From the NCBI GenBank assembly GCA_963841915.1, contig CAWJEN010000006.1:832001-896000 (forward strand): a DNA stretch of 64,000 nucleotides, read 5' to 3'. Under the pieces are notes generated by a model, which saw only the letters and a list, made by a program, of their open reading frames with translations, was not told the DNA's origin and made no database searches. Of the stretch, positions 18,925 through 30,152 are shown piece by piece. This DNA is from an uncultured Planctomycetota bacterium. GTDB taxonomy: Bacteria; Planctomycetota; Phycisphaerae; Tepidisphaerales; Tepidisphaeraceae. How positions within the stretch are numbered: position 1 is the stretch's first letter; every line of letters begins with the position of its first letter. A program made the translations under genes and the position numbers.

Positions 18925-20552
18925 ATGCGCGTCCTGCTTCTTTGCCTGCTCATTGCCACGTTCGCCCGCGCCAGCGAGACGGTGACGGTCGACCGCACCA
19001 CGACGTATCAGACGATGCAAGGCTGGGGAGCGTGCCTCTACGGCAACGACGACGCAGCTGAGACTTACGGCGATCCACGGTTTCGCCAGGCATGGGTCGA
19101 CGCAGGCTTCAACATCGTGCGGATCCCGATGGTGAAGGAAGTGCTCGTCCATCCGTCGGGCGACTTCTCGACGCCGGTGCGTTTGGCGGACGACCTCGAG
19201 GCGAATCTTCGCCTGATGAATTTCGACGCGAAGTACCTTAAATCGCACGCCGATTTGCGCGGTGGGTGACGGCCAACTCCCAGCACCCGGTGCGGGTCAG
19301 CGGCAGCATCTGGTCGCCACCGCATTGGATGAAAGGGCCGACGGGCAAGACGCAGACGTGGGTCGGCAACCCGCCGCACGACAGCCCGGAGCTGCCGACG
19401 CCTTGGCTGAGCAATCAGGCCAACCACTGGATGAACGGCCGCACGAGTAACTCAGGTGACTCGATCGGCGGACGCTTGCGAACCGACGACGCTGACGTCC
19501 TCGAGCAGTACGGCCGCTACCTCGCGGCGTGGGTCGTCGGCTTCGAGCGGGCGCACGACGTGCCCTTGTATGTGATCAGCCTGCAGAACGAGTCGACCTT
19601 CGAAAGCCCCTTCGACTCAGCGACGTTCACCGAGACCGCCGACGGTGGACGCGACTACACGCAATATGCAGCAGCACTGAAAGCCGTCAAAGACGCCTGG
19701 CAGCGGTACAACTTGTCGACGAAGATCATGGGCCCACACGTCGCCGGCATCGGGCCGACGCCGCAGAACCCGTTCACACTCTCGCCGCAACTCGGCATGA
19801 TTGAGGCCGTCCGCAAGCACGCCGACAAGGACCTGCTCGGCTTCCTCGACTTCTACAACAGCAACTACTACATGCCCGCCGGCGAAGCGGGCGCGCTTGC
19901 CACGGCTGGCTACCTTAAGGGCTCGGCGGCGGTGCCGGGCGAGTGGGGCAAAAACTGGGGCTTTACTTACAGCTTCGACGGCGTCGCCCGAGACGGCAAG
20001 CCCATCTGGTTCAGCGAGACCGGTGATCCGCCCGCGCCGTGGCGAAACGATCAAGGCGGCGGTGTCGTCGAGCTGCCGGCCAAGATCATGAATGCCCTCA
20101 TTCACGGCAACGCCGTCGCGTACGTCTACTGGATGATGAGCGACGGCGACGACGAGCTCAGCGGCTCAAACCTCATCGGCACGAAGCACCTCGACGATCC
20201 AGCGTCGAGCAAGAAGTACGCAGCCATGTGTCAGTTCAGCCGCTTCATCCCACCAAGTAGCAGGCGCATCGAGGCGTCATTCGGCAACGGCGAATCGACC
20301 GTCGGTGGCAAGAGCGTCTACGACACGACGGCTGGCCTTACCGTCGTCGCCTTTGACACCGACGACGGCATCGTCATCGTACTGCTGAATCTGACGACTA
20401 TCGATCAGACGGTCACGCTGCCGCCGGGCAGGGTGACGGAGGCTTGGCTGACCGACGTCGACCGCAGTCTCGCCGCCGTAGATGTCGCTGGTGACGCGGT
20501 GGTGCTGCCCAGGGCGTCGGTGGTGACGGTGAAACTTCACTCGCCCCGCTAG
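18925..20552 (+). CDS. Secreted glycoside hydrolase, GH30-like, split by a 1-bp frameshift near 19255
   Basis: Signal peptide, TYQTMQGWG, WSPPHWMK, acid/base SLQNE, nucleophile WFSET, FSRFI. Adding one T at the TTT at 19254-56 joins the two ORFs. Confidence 0.75.
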
Positions 20553-20596
20553 CGGCCAGTGCGACCCATAGGCGGCGGGAGCGTTACAATGGTGTG

Positions 20597-21505
20597 ATGC
20601 TGCCGACCACGCTGTTGTTGCTGTCTGCCCTTGTCGCCGGTGAGCCGGCGGAGATCGAGATGGTGGAGGTGCCCGGCGGGACGGTGATGATCGGGCAGGC
20701 CGACATGCTGCCCGAGGAACAGCCGCCGCACGAGGTCACGGTCGAACCATTGCGGTTCGGCAAAACGGAGGTGACGAACGTTCAGTACGCAGCTTTTGTC
20801 GAGGCAACCGGCTACGTGACGGTGGCCGAGCGACCATTGGATCCGGCCAACTTTCCCGGTGCTGATCCGGCGATGCTGGTGCCGGGCAGTGTCGTCTTCA
20901 CGCCGCCTCCACCGGGCGTCGAGGCCGCAAATTGGCAGGGCTGGTGGAGGTACGTGCCTGGAGCGAGCTGGAAGCACCCGGGCGGGCCCGACACCGATTT
21001 GCAAGGCAAGGATCACATGCCCGTCGTGCAGATCGCCTACGAGGATGCCGTCGCCTTTGCCGATTGGGCGGAGGCACGGCTACCGACCGAGGCCGAGTGG
21101 GAGGCGGCCGCTCGCGGCGGACTTGCCGGGCAGAAGTACGTGTGGGGCGACGAATCGCGTCCCGAAGGCAAGCTGCTGGCCAACTTCTGGCAGGGTGAGT
21201 TTCCGACGGAGAATACCGAGGCAGACGGATACCGCCTCGTCGCCCCGGTCGGCAGCTTCGAACCCAACGGCTATGGCCTGTACGACATGGCCGGGAATGT
21301 TTGGGAGTGGACGAGCACGCCCTGGTCGCCGAGCCACGCCGAGGGTGCACCGCAATTCGACATCGCCCGCGTCATCAAGGGCGGCAGCTTTCTGTGTGCC
21401 GACTCGTATTGCCACCGCTACCGACCAGCCGGCCGAAGTCCGGGCGCGATCGACACGGGCCTGAGTCATCTCGGTTTCCGCGTCGTCAAAGACGCGGCCA
21501 AGTAG
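20597..21505 (+). CDS. Formylglycine-generating enzyme family (FGE-sulfatase) protein
   Basis: TEVTN, RLPTEAEWE, GLYDMAGNVWEW, KGGSFLCADSYC, GFR. Confidence 0.9.
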   Translation: MLPTTLLLLSALVAGEPAEIEMVEVPGGTVMIGQADMLPEEQPPHEVTVEPLRFGKTEVTNVQYAAFVEATGYVTVAERPLDPANFPGADPAMLVPGSVVFTPPPPGVEAANWQGWWRYVPGASWKHPGGPDTDLQGKDHMPVVQIAYEDAVAFADWAEARLPTEAEWEAAARGGLAGQKYVWGDESRPEGKLLANFWQGEFPTENTEADGYRLVAPVGSFEPNGYGLYDMAGNVWEWTSTPWSPSHAEGAPQFDIARVIKGGSFLCADSYCHRYRPAGRSPGAIDTGLSHLGFRVVKDAAK

Positions 21506-21518
21506 GGCAAATCCGCCC

Positions 21519-22715
21519 TCAGGCGTATGACGAGCCGCCCGACTTGTGCCCGCGACGTTCGTCGCCGAGACGCTTGATCAGGTCGCTCGACCGCAGCGCC
21601 GCCAGCGGGTCGGCCTCGAGGCCACGCTGCTTGCGCCAGTCGCCTAGCAGGCTCGAGACGTCAGCCTCGAACGCGTCCTTCAGGCACAACTCCGCGGCAA
21701 CGATGTCGCCCTTGCCCTGGGCGTCGGCGAGCTTCTTGCGGTCGACCAGGTTTGCCTTGGCGTACAGCTTTTGGGCCTCGCACACTGTCTGCACCGTCGC
21801 CTCGAGCTTGGGCTTGAGGTTGTGCGACTGGTCGATCATGTAAGCGATTTTCGGCGTGTTGCCGGTGTCGTGCTGGTATTGCGCAATCTCGTTGAAGATG
21901 CGGAACACGGCGTACGGGTCGATGCTGCCGAGCGTCAGGTCGTCATCGGCATACTTGCGATCGTTGAAGTGGAAGCCACCGAGCATATCCTCGTCGAGTA
22001 GGAACGCGACGATGTGCTCGACGTTGCAGCCGGGCAGGTGGTGACCGGTGTCGACGAGCACCTTGGCCTGATTGCCGGCCTTGCGCGAGAACGCAGCGGC
22101 CATGCCCCAGTCGGCGACGTCTGTGCTGTAGAACGCCGGCTCGAACGGCTTGTATTCGACGAGCATCGTCGCGTCGGTCGGCATGCCGTTGTGCACCTGG
22201 GCGAGGCCGTCGTGCAGGCGGGCCTTGCGGCTGCGCAGGTTGTCCTGGCCCGGGTAGTTCGTGCCATCGGCGAGCCAAAGCGTCAGCAGGTCGCTGCCGC
22301 ACGCCTTCATGAGCTCGATGCTGTATAGCGAGTGCTCGACTGCCGCCTTACGGGCGTCGGCGTCGGGCGAGCAGAAGCTGCCGAGCTTGTACTGGGCATC
22401 CTGGAACAGGTTCGGGTTGACGCTGCCGACACGGATGCCGTTCTTGTCTGCGAGCTCGACCGTCTCCTTGGCGGCATCGGCGGCCGACTGATTGACGTCG
22501 AAATCCCAAAGCACGTGAACCGCCACCGTGGGGCACGCACCGGTGAGCTTGTGGACGACACCGGCGTCGTGGAACTTCTCGGCGGTGCTCGTCGCCGCGG
22601 CGTCCTGTGGAAACTTACCGAAGCGCGTGCCGGTGTCGGCAAAGCCCCAGCTCGGCACTTCGATCTCGAAGGCGTCGAGGGCGGACAAAGCGTTGTCTTG
22701 GATGGTCTGGTTCAT
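21519..22715 (-). CDS. rhaI: L-rhamnose isomerase (RhaI type)
   Basis: PSWGFADTGTRF, WLADGTNYPGQD, EYKPFEP, DTGHH, FHFNDRKYADDDL, IDQSHN. Confidence 0.88.
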   Translation of the reverse strand: MNQTIQDNALSALDAFEIEVPSWGFADTGTRFGKFPQDAAATSTAEKFHDAGVVHKLTGACPTVAVHVLWDFDVNQSAADAAKETVELADKNGIRVGSVNPNLFQDAQYKLGSFCSPDADARKAAVEHSLYSIELMKACGSDLLTLWLADGTNYPGQDNLRSRKARLHDGLAQVHNGMPTDATMLVEYKPFEPAFYSTDVADWGMAAAFSRKAGNQAKVLVDTGHHLPGCNVEHIVAFLLDEDMLGGFHFNDRKYADDDLTLGSIDPYAVFRIFNEIAQYQHDTGNTPKIAYMIDQSHNLKPKLEATVQTVCEAQKLYAKANLVDRKKLADAQGKGDIVAAELCLKDAFEADVSSLLGDWRKQRGLEADPLAALRSSDLIKRLGDERRGHKSGGSSYA

Positions 22716-22911
22716 GGCAGTGGTGGGGCCAGCGGCGGGCGGCCACTGTAGCCGTTTCTCAACGGTTTGCACCTTGCTGCAGCACGTCATTAACGCGACG
22801 CGTCGTCGCACCACTGATGGCGAACTAGTCCGATGATTCGGTTGCCGGACATCGAGTTAGAGGCAAAGCAGTCGGACGACACTGGAGCAGCCAGACGGTA
22901 CTGTCGTTGAC

Positions 22912-24741
22912 ATGACACAGCGCCAGACGTACCCACGCCCGGAGTATCCAAGGCCGCAGTTCGTTCGCGACGACTGGCTATGTCTTAATGGCCTGTGGCA
23001 ATTCGAAATCGACGCCGGCGACAGCGGCAAGGCCCGCGGCCTCATCGAGCGTCCGCTCCAGGATGCGATCAACGTGCCGTTTTGCCCGGAGTCGACGCTG
23101 TCGGGCATCAATCACGTCGACTTCATGCGCGTCGTCTGGTATCGACGTGAGGTTGACGTGCCGGCAGAGTGGAAGGGCCGTCGCGTGCTGCTGCATTTTG
23201 GGGCGGTTGACTACGACGCGACCGTCTGGTGCGACGGCCGCGAGATCAGGCGACATCGCGGCGGTCACTCGCCATTCGTGTGCGACCTCGGCGACGTCGG
23301 CGGTCAGACTGTCATCATCGTCGTTCGAGCCCGCGACCTGCACGATCGCCCGTACGCCCGCGGCAAGCAAGTCGACGCCTACGCCAACTTCGGGTGCAGC
23401 TACACGCGCACGACCGGCATCTGGCAGACGGTTTGGATGGAACCGTTGCCGACACCTTCGCTCGGCCGACCACGTGTCACGCCCGACGTCGGCAACGGTG
23501 CCTTCCACATCATCCAGCCGCTCGAAGTTCCACACATGGGACTGCCGCGCGACCTGTCATATCGCGTCACGCTGCGTGACGAGCAGGGCGAGGTGGTCGC
23601 TGCGTCGAGCCGCGTCAGCGATTTGTCGCCGATGGTCACGCTGCCGATTCCGGCAGATCGCCTGCGGTTGTGGTCGCTTGACGACCCGCACCTTTACGAC
23701 CTGACCTTCGAGCTGTTTTCAGGTGAGACGCTGCATGATCGGGCGACCGGATACGCCGGGCTCCGCAGCGTCACGATTGAAGGCAAAGCCGTGAAGCTGA
23801 ACGGGAAGACCGTCTTCCAACGGCTGGTCCTCGACCAAGGCTACTACGCCGACGGCATCTTGACGGCCCCGACGGACGCGCACCTTGCCCGCGACATCGA
23901 ATTGGCCAAGGCGGCAGGCTTCAACGGTGCGCGGCTGCACCAGAAGGTGTTCGAGGAGCGATTCCTGTATCACGCCGACCGGCTCGGCTACCTGTGCTGG
24001 GGCGAGTTTGCCGACTGGGGATGCGGCCGCAAGGGCGGTGCCTGGGAGCCGGAACCGACGGGGTCGTACATCACGCAGTGGCTTGAGTGCCTGGCACGCG
24101 ACTTCAATCATCCGTCGCTCATCGGCTGGTGCCCGATCAACGAGCTCAATGAGCGGCCGTCGGACGAGATCAGCAACTACGACGACGTGCTGCGTGGCAT
24201 GTTCCTGGCGACGAAGGCGTTCGATCCGACGCGGCCGGTGCTGGACGCCAGCGGTTGGACGCACCGGATCATCGAGAGCGACATCTACGACAGCCACGAC
24301 TACGAGCAGGACCACGTGACATTTAAAGCCAATCACGTCGGCCTTGCAGTTGGACGGCCGAGGGTGAACGAGCCGGGCGGCCACGCCGGCAGCATCGCGT
24401 ACGGCGGCCAGCCGTATTTCGTCAGCGAATTCGGCGGTGTCTGGTGGAATGCCGCCAAGGCCGCCGCCGACGTAGACGGAACGAATCAAAGCGAGTCCTG
24501 GGGCTACGGCAATCGCCCGCAAGACGAGGAAGAAGTACTCCGCCGCATCGAAACGCTCTGCGGCGTGCTGCTCGACGATCCGAACATGTTCGGCTACTGC
24601 TACACCCAGCTGACCGACGTCTTTCAAGAGGAGAACGGCATCTATGCCTTCGACCGCTCGAGCAAATTCGACGAAGACCGTATGCGTCGCATCCGCGCGG
24701 CGCAACAACGCGAGGCTGCCATCGAAGCGGACACGAACTGA
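22912..24741 (+). CDS. Glycoside hydrolase family 2 (beta-galactosidase/glucuronidase-like)
   Basis: RPEYPRPQF, LHFGAVDY, GIWQTVW, LDQGYY, NHPS..W...NE, SEFGG, GYCYTQLTDV. Confidence 0.9.
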   Translation: MTQRQTYPRPEYPRPQFVRDDWLCLNGLWQFEIDAGDSGKARGLIERPLQDAINVPFCPESTLSGINHVDFMRVVWYRREVDVPAEWKGRRVLLHFGAVDYDATVWCDGREIRRHRGGHSPFVCDLGDVGGQTVIIVVRARDLHDRPYARGKQVDAYANFGCSYTRTTGIWQTVWMEPLPTPSLGRPRVTPDVGNGAFHIIQPLEVPHMGLPRDLSYRVTLRDEQGEVVAASSRVSDLSPMVTLPIPADRLRLWSLDDPHLYDLTFELFSGETLHDRATGYAGLRSVTIEGKAVKLNGKTVFQRLVLDQGYYADGILTAPTDAHLARDIELAKAAGFNGARLHQKVFEERFLYHADRLGYLCWGEFADWGCGRKGGAWEPEPTGSYITQWLECLARDFNHPSLIGWCPINELNERPSDEISNYDDVLRGMFLATKAFDPTRPVLDASGWTHRIIESDIYDSHDYEQDHVTFKANHVGLAVGRPRVNEPGGHAGSIAYGGQPYFVSEFGGVWWNAAKAAADVDGTNQSESWGYGNRPQDEEEVLRRIETLCGVLLDDPNMFGYCYTQLTDVFQEENGIYAFDRSSKFDEDRMRRIRAAQQREAAIEADTN

Positions 24742-24762
24742 CGTGCCCCACCAGCATCGAGG

Positions 24763-25674
24763 TCAAGCGTCGCCTGCCGACAGATCGCGGTAGTCGAGCA
24801 GACCACGCTGCCAGTCACGCATCGAGCGCCCAAGAGCGGCCTCGGTCTTCGACAGGTCCAGCACGCTGAAGGCGGGCCGGCTTGCGGCGTCGGGTCGCAT
24901 GGTCGCCCAGTCGCTGGCCTGAATCGGGTCGAGCGACACGGGCTTGACGCCGAAGGCTTCGAGCGAGGCCTTAGCAAAGCCGAACCACGTCGTGCGTCCG
25001 CCACCGGTGACGTGGAACGTGCCACGCTGACCGGCGGCGAGCAGATCAAGTGTCGCTTCAGCGAGGTCGATCGTGAGTGTTGGTGTGCCGTGCTGGTCGT
25101 TGATGACCGTCAGCGGCTTACCGGCCTTGGCGGCGTCGAGCATGATCTTGGGGAACGGCCGCCCGCCCCACGGGCCGTACAGCCAGGCCGTCCGCAGAAT
25201 CAAGTGCTCCTCCAAGCCGCTGTCTCGCAAGGCGTGTTCACCGGCGAGCTTGCTGCGGCCGTACGCGCTGACGGGGGCCGCAGTGTCGTCTTCGCGATAG
25301 GGCTCAGTCGCGTCACCGGCAAAGACGAAGTCGGTCGAATAGTGAACCAGGGTCGCCTTGTGCCGCTTGCAGGCGTCGGCGAGCGTGCCGACGGCTGTGC
25401 CGTTGACGGCGGTCGCGGCGGCTTCGTCTACTTCGGCTTTGTCGACGGCGGTGTACGCGCAGCAGTTGATGACCGTTGCCGGTGAGGTTCGGGCGAACGT
25501 TGCTTCGACCTGAGCGACATCCGTCACGTCGCACTGAGCGCGGTCGACTCCGATCGCACGTACGCCGCGACGAACAAGCGACCGCCGCACTGCCGCGGCG
25601 AGCATGCCTTGATCACCGACGATGAGAACGGGCGTCGCGGGCGCGGCTGTGGCGTCGTGGGCGGCAGGAGGCAT
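24763..25674 (-). CDS. rfbD: dTDP-4-dehydrorhamnose reductase
   Basis: GDQGMLA, AYTAVDKAE, HYSTDFVF, YGRSKLAGE, DQHGTPT, RPAFSVLD. Confidence 0.92.
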   Translation of the reverse strand: MPPAAHDATAAPATPVLIVGDQGMLAAAVRRSLVRRGVRAIGVDRAQCDVTDVAQVEATFARTSPATVINCCAYTAVDKAEVDEAAATAVNGTAVGTLADACKRHKATLVHYSTDFVFAGDATEPYREDDTAAPVSAYGRSKLAGEHALRDSGLEEHLILRTAWLYGPWGGRPFPKIMLDAAKAGKPLTVINDQHGTPTLTIDLAEATLDLLAAGQRGTFHVTGGGRTTWFGFAKASLEAFGVKPVSLDPIQASDWATMRPDAASRPAFSVLDLSKTEAALGRSMRDWQRGLLDYRDLSAGDA

Positions 25675-25681
25675 GTGGAGC

Positions 25682-28600
25682 TTATCGACCGTCTGCCGAC
25701 TCGCCGTCGAAAGCGGCAGCCAATCGGCGAAATTCTGCGGCCAGGTGCGGCTCGTGCGGCGTCGTCCTGGCCGACGTCAGGTAGATCGGACGCAGCTGCC
25801 GATAAAGCTCCAGCGCCTTGTTACGCGACGCAACGGCCGCCTCTCGCCGCGCCGCTGCTTGACGCGTCGTCGTCACGTCCAGTGGCCAATCCCCGTCGTC
25901 GAGCACCGGCGGCGGCACGTCCAGCGAAGCCGTCAGCTCCAGCGACGCCAACCCCAGCATCGCGTCGATGTAGCTCTCGTCCAGCCGAAGCGCCCGCTCG
26001 AAGGCGGTCCGGGCCGACTCGATCGGCTGCCCGGCGGCAAGACGTGCTCGCGCCTGCGTGTCGTGATGCGCTGCCGTCTCAGGCTGCAGCTCTACTGCAA
26101 GATCAGCAAAAGCGACGACTTCCTCGAGCTCGCGGGACGTCAACGGCTCGACGTGCTGCGTCAGCAACAGGTGGGCAAGCTGGTTGGCGGCGACGGGATC
26201 ACGCGGCGACAGCGTGAGCAGGCGACGCCAAGCCGCCTCGGCGTCGGTGGTGCGGCCGTCGCTGGCGTCGACGCGCGCCAATGCCGCCCAACTGCGGCGT
26301 AGCAATTCGACATCAGCGCCGGCAAGCCCGCCGCTCGTCAGTCGCGTCAGCCGGCGGCGGGCGGTGCGAATGGCCTCGGCATCATCGAGCCGCACGCCAA
26401 GCCGGCCCCAGGCAACGGCCGCGTCGACTTCATCCGAAAGCCGATCGGGTCCAATGGGAAGTCGCTCGATGTGGTAGTCGAGCAAGGTCAGCCAGCCACG
26501 CGCGTCGTTGGAGTCGCCAATGGTGTCGGCAGCCAGCCGGGCGGCCAAGCGTCGCCACCCGGCACCGCCGGCGTCGTCTCGACCGAGCTGTGGAGCGATG
26601 ATCTGTCGTGCCCGGTTGGGCATACCCACCGCCGCCAACGATTCGGCGGCAAGTGACAACAGATGCCCGAAGGTGCCAGCATCGGCGAGCGCGTCATCGA
26701 GGCGCGGCTCGATGACGGCAAGTGCCTCGTCGTATCGACCTCGTAGCACCAACGCATCGGCGACGGCTGTGTCGGCGTACATGGCGATCGGGTCTTCGAA
26801 GTCGAGCGTCTGCCGCCAGCGGTTGGCAAAAAAAGCAGAGCCGGCCGTGTCGCCGATGGCCCGCGTCGCGGCGTAGCCGAGCCGTTGCAGGTCGGGCGAC
26901 AGCGGCGCATTGGCCGCTGCCCGGGCGGCAACGCGGGCGGCTTCGTCGGGCCGCCCCAGGTGCACGTACGAGGCGTGGAGTAGGCGATGAATCGGTGGAA
27001 AGTACGGCAGCGACTCGGCGGCCATCTCCAGGACGCCGAGGTCGGCCGCCGTGCGATCCGACATCGGCAGCAAAGCCACTCTTGTCAGTTCACGGTCGCT
27101 GATCCGGCGACTCACCGCAACGACACGGTCTGCGTCGTCTCCCGACGATGGTGCTGCCAAAGCAACGGCCACCATGCGACGTAGACGGGGCTCAGCAAGG
27201 TCGACCGCATCGACCATGGCCGCCAACCGCGCGGCGCTGCTGGCGTCTTCGCGGGACAGGAAGTAGCCGATCGCCTCTCGCCACGGTGCTTCGAATGTCG
27301 GCTGCAACCCGGCCACGGCCGCAAAATGACCGGCCGCGTCTCCGGGCCTGCCGGTGCGACCGGCGAGCGTGCCACGAATTACCGCTACGTCAGCGGGCTC
27401 GCTGAGCCGGTTCAGCACGCGTTCCAGCAACAGGTCGCGGATCGACGGCATGACTGCTGCAGCTTCGAGCAGCACCGCCGAATCGACGGCGTCATCATCG
27501 AGCAGCGTCGCCAACAAGACATCGGCTTCCAGTGCACGGCCGGATCGACGCAGGCTCTCGATGAGCACCAAGTGCGAAGCAGAGTCGAGCTCAGCTTTAC
27601 GCAACATCGCAACCGCTGCATCCGCCTGCCCGCCGTCGGCAAGTCGACGCGCAATTTCGACGCAAACAGCCGGCTCTGCAGCGGGCAAGCCGTCGGCGGC
27701 CAAGCGCGCATGCACGTCGCGGATCGCGTCACGGTCGCCGATGCGGTCGAGCATCTGCAGCAGTTCCAGCACCTGGTCGGCCTCTGTCGCCGGATCCGAC
27801 AACACCGCGAGCACGTGCGGCTTAGCGGCGTCGAAATGCCCGAGGTTGACCAGTGCCCGCGCAAGCATTTGTGCAGCGTCGGCGTCCAGTTGGCCGTCTC
27901 GACGGGCGGCCAACCGCTTCAATTTGATCGCAGCATTGTGCGTCAGTCGTTCTCGTTCGGGTCCGCTGGCGAGCAAGGCGAGATCCAGCGACAGCCGGGC
28001 GTCCTCCAGCCGCGGCCGATGCAGAAGTTGCGCCACCGGCTCTGTCACCGTCTGCAGTTCCAGCGTCGCCTGTTGCAACAGAGCCGCGCCCTGCACGGTG
28101 CCTCGCAGCGAGTCGCCCTCGTCGAGCATGACGAGCCAGTCTTTCGCCGGCCGATCAGGCGACTCGACCACCGCCTGCCACCGCTCCAGAGCACGTGAAT
28201 CACCTGCCCGCTCCAGCATACGGGCGGCGGCAAGGGCGTTGTTGTTGCCAGACTGCTCCAGCCACGCAAGGGCGGCGTCGACGCCGTGACGCTCCCGTAC
28301 AAGCTGTGCTGCCAGGAACAACGCTTCAGAATCCTCCAGCCCGGCCGGGAGTGACTTCCACTTCAGCCCGACTGCATCGGCAGCGAGGATGATGGCGAGC
28401 TGGTCCGACGGTGACAGGCGGTCGATCGATGCAAGCAAAGCCTTCGCAGCCGTCGGATCGTCGACGTGCAGAAGCCTCAGCCGCTCACCCGGCAGGTCGG
28501 TGCCGTTAACTGTCTGCATAAGCGCTGTAGCCGTCGATAACCGGATCGGCGTCGGTTCGGCCCGCCATCGCTCGTATGCCAGCTTCGCCCGGCTTCTTGC

Positions 28601-30109
28601 CAATCGATCAGACGCGATGCCGTTCTCTCGCAGCGTCGCCTGGTCGATTGCTTCACCGGCCACATCGAGTCGATCGTGTGCGAGTGCCAGCTCTGCCCGC
28701 AGCAGCCACGGCTCGGCCCACGCCGGCGACGCCGTCGCGGCGGCTTCGAGATGACGCCGGGCCAAGTCAGGCTCTTCGAGCGCCTGCGCGGCCGTCGCGG
28801 CTTCGACGTGCAGTACCGCTGCCGGGACAAGATCGACCTCTTGCGTTCCGACCGGCTCGAGCGGACGCCCCGGCAGCTTCGTCACACGCGAAAGCCCGGA
28901 TGAAGACGCCTCGAGACGCTGGACCGCAGTTGCCTCGACCGATCGACAGGTCGCAATGGCCTGCCAGGCCCGCCACGCCCGCGGCGATTCCGTTTCGAGC
29001 GACGGGTGCATGTCGGCCATGTCGCCAAGCAGCACGAGCGGGCCATAGAGGCCGACGGTCGACTCGCTCGAACTGGCCAGGAGCGACCGCGACTCGGCAG
29101 GGTGATCTTCAAGCGCGGCACGCACGCTGGCAGCCGTCCGGACAGCCAGCGGTGCACTCGGCGCCTCGGCACAAGTGCGCAGCACATCGTCGGCTTCAAC
29201 AAAACGACCTTCGGCATCAAGGGCGGCCACCACGCTCAGCACGTCGACCGCCTGCTCGTCGGGTTGCTGTGCGGCGGGTGGTTGTGCGGGCGTCGCAGGC
29301 GGGGTGTACCAGTCGTCGTTCTGCGTCGACGTGGCGAGTTGCACGCCGCGTTCGCCGACGACGACCGCCGCCGCCTGATCGAGACAGGCAGCCGCTTGCT
29401 CAACGCGCCCGACGCGGCGGTTCGCTTCCGCCAGAACAAGCAGCGCGCGGGCCTGCCCGCGGCCTGTGCTTTGGGCTGTCGCGTTCAGATCCGTTGCAAA
29501 GGCAAGTGCGTCGTCCTCTTCGAGCAGTTCTGCATAAGCCAGCAGATCGACGACGTCGGCAAACGAGTCGCTCGTCTGCAGGACGAGCTCGGCGGCATCA
29601 ACGGCGTCGAATCGCCCCAAAGCCGCCATCGCGTCTCGGCGTTGCCGCAGGACCTCGAGGTTCTCGATGTTCTCCGCCCGGGCGGCGTCGGCGAGGTCGA
29701 GCGTGCGTTGCGGCAACCCGGCTGCCATGCCCGCCGCCATCTGTTGCGTGTACCACTGTCGCCGCTCGCTGGCATCCGTGGGGTCCAGGTCGCGGAGCAA
29801 CTGCAGGGCATGCAGACCACCGACCGTTGGCGGGTTGTACCTTGCGACGGCCTCGGCGTGCTGCAGCGCCCGTCGCACCGTCGCAGGCTCGCCCGGCCTT
29901 GCCTCCAGCAGCAGGGCCGCCTCCTGCCAGTTACCACGGATGAATGCCGCTTCGCCTGACGTCAGGCGTTGCTCGATGAAGGCCTCGCGTTGTTCGACGG
30001 CCCCGGCCCGCCAGGTGACAAGTGCTGTCACGCCGACCGCGGCAAAGGCCGCCGGCACAGCCAGGCGAAGAATCGTTCTACGGCGATGCGTCATGACGTA
30101 AACCCACAC
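25682..30109 (-). CDS. Very large TPR-repeat protein associated with the EPS/PEP-CTERM locus
   Basis: N-terminal TM helix, 1475 aa, TPR signatures (AANQLAHLL, HHDTQARA, FERALRLD). Confidence 0.75.
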   Translation of the reverse strand: MWVYVMTHRRRTILRLAVPAAFAAVGVTALVTWRAGAVEQREAFIEQRLTSGEAAFIRGNWQEAALLLEARPGEPATVRRALQHAEAVARYNPPTVGGLHALQLLRDLDPTDASERRQWYTQQMAAGMAAGLPQRTLDLADAARAENIENLEVLRQRRDAMAALGRFDAVDAAELVLQTSDSFADVVDLLAYAELLEEDDALAFATDLNATAQSTGRGQARALLVLAEANRRVGRVEQAAACLDQAAAVVVGERGVQLATSTQNDDWYTPPATPAQPPAAQQPDEQAVDVLSVVAALDAEGRFVEADDVLRTCAEAPSAPLAVRTAASVRAALEDHPAESRSLLASSSESTVGLYGPLVLLGDMADMHPSLETESPRAWRAWQAIATCRSVEATAVQRLEASSSGLSRVTKLPGRPLEPVGTQEVDLVPAAVLHVEAATAAQALEEPDLARRHLEAAATASPAWAEPWLLRAELALAHDRLDVAGEAIDQATLRENGIASDRLARSRAKLAYERWRAEPTPIRLSTATALMQTVNGTDLPGERLRLLHVDDPTAAKALLASIDRLSPSDQLAIILAADAVGLKWKSLPAGLEDSEALFLAAQLVRERHGVDAALAWLEQSGNNNALAAARMLERAGDSRALERWQAVVESPDRPAKDWLVMLDEGDSLRGTVQGAALLQQATLELQTVTEPVAQLLHRPRLEDARLSLDLALLASGPERERLTHNAAIKLKRLAARRDGQLDADAAQMLARALVNLGHFDAAKPHVLAVLSDPATEADQVLELLQMLDRIGDRDAIRDVHARLAADGLPAAEPAVCVEIARRLADGGQADAAVAMLRKAELDSASHLVLIESLRRSGRALEADVLLATLLDDDAVDSAVLLEAAAVMPSIRDLLLERVLNRLSEPADVAVIRGTLAGRTGRPGDAAGHFAAVAGLQPTFEAPWREAIGYFLSREDASSAARLAAMVDAVDLAEPRLRRMVAVALAAPSSGDDADRVVAVSRRISDRELTRVALLPMSDRTAADLGVLEMAAESLPYFPPIHRLLHASYVHLGRPDEAARVAARAAANAPLSPDLQRLGYAATRAIGDTAGSAFFANRWRQTLDFEDPIAMYADTAVADALVLRGRYDEALAVIEPRLDDALADAGTFGHLLSLAAESLAAVGMPNRARQIIAPQLGRDDAGGAGWRRLAARLAADTIGDSNDARGWLTLLDYHIERLPIGPDRLSDEVDAAVAWGRLGVRLDDAEAIRTARRRLTRLTSGGLAGADVELLRRSWAALARVDASDGRTTDAEAAWRRLLTLSPRDPVAANQLAHLLLTQHVEPLTSRELEEVVAFADLAVELQPETAAHHDTQARARLAAGQPIESARTAFERALRLDESYIDAMLGLASLELTASLDVPPPVLDDGDWPLDVTTTRQAAARREAAVASRNKALELYRQLRPIYLTSARTTPHEPHLAAEFRRLAAAFDGESADGR

Positions 30110-30152
30110 GCAACCGTCTGCGGAGGCGGGTTCATACCTTACGATGTCATCG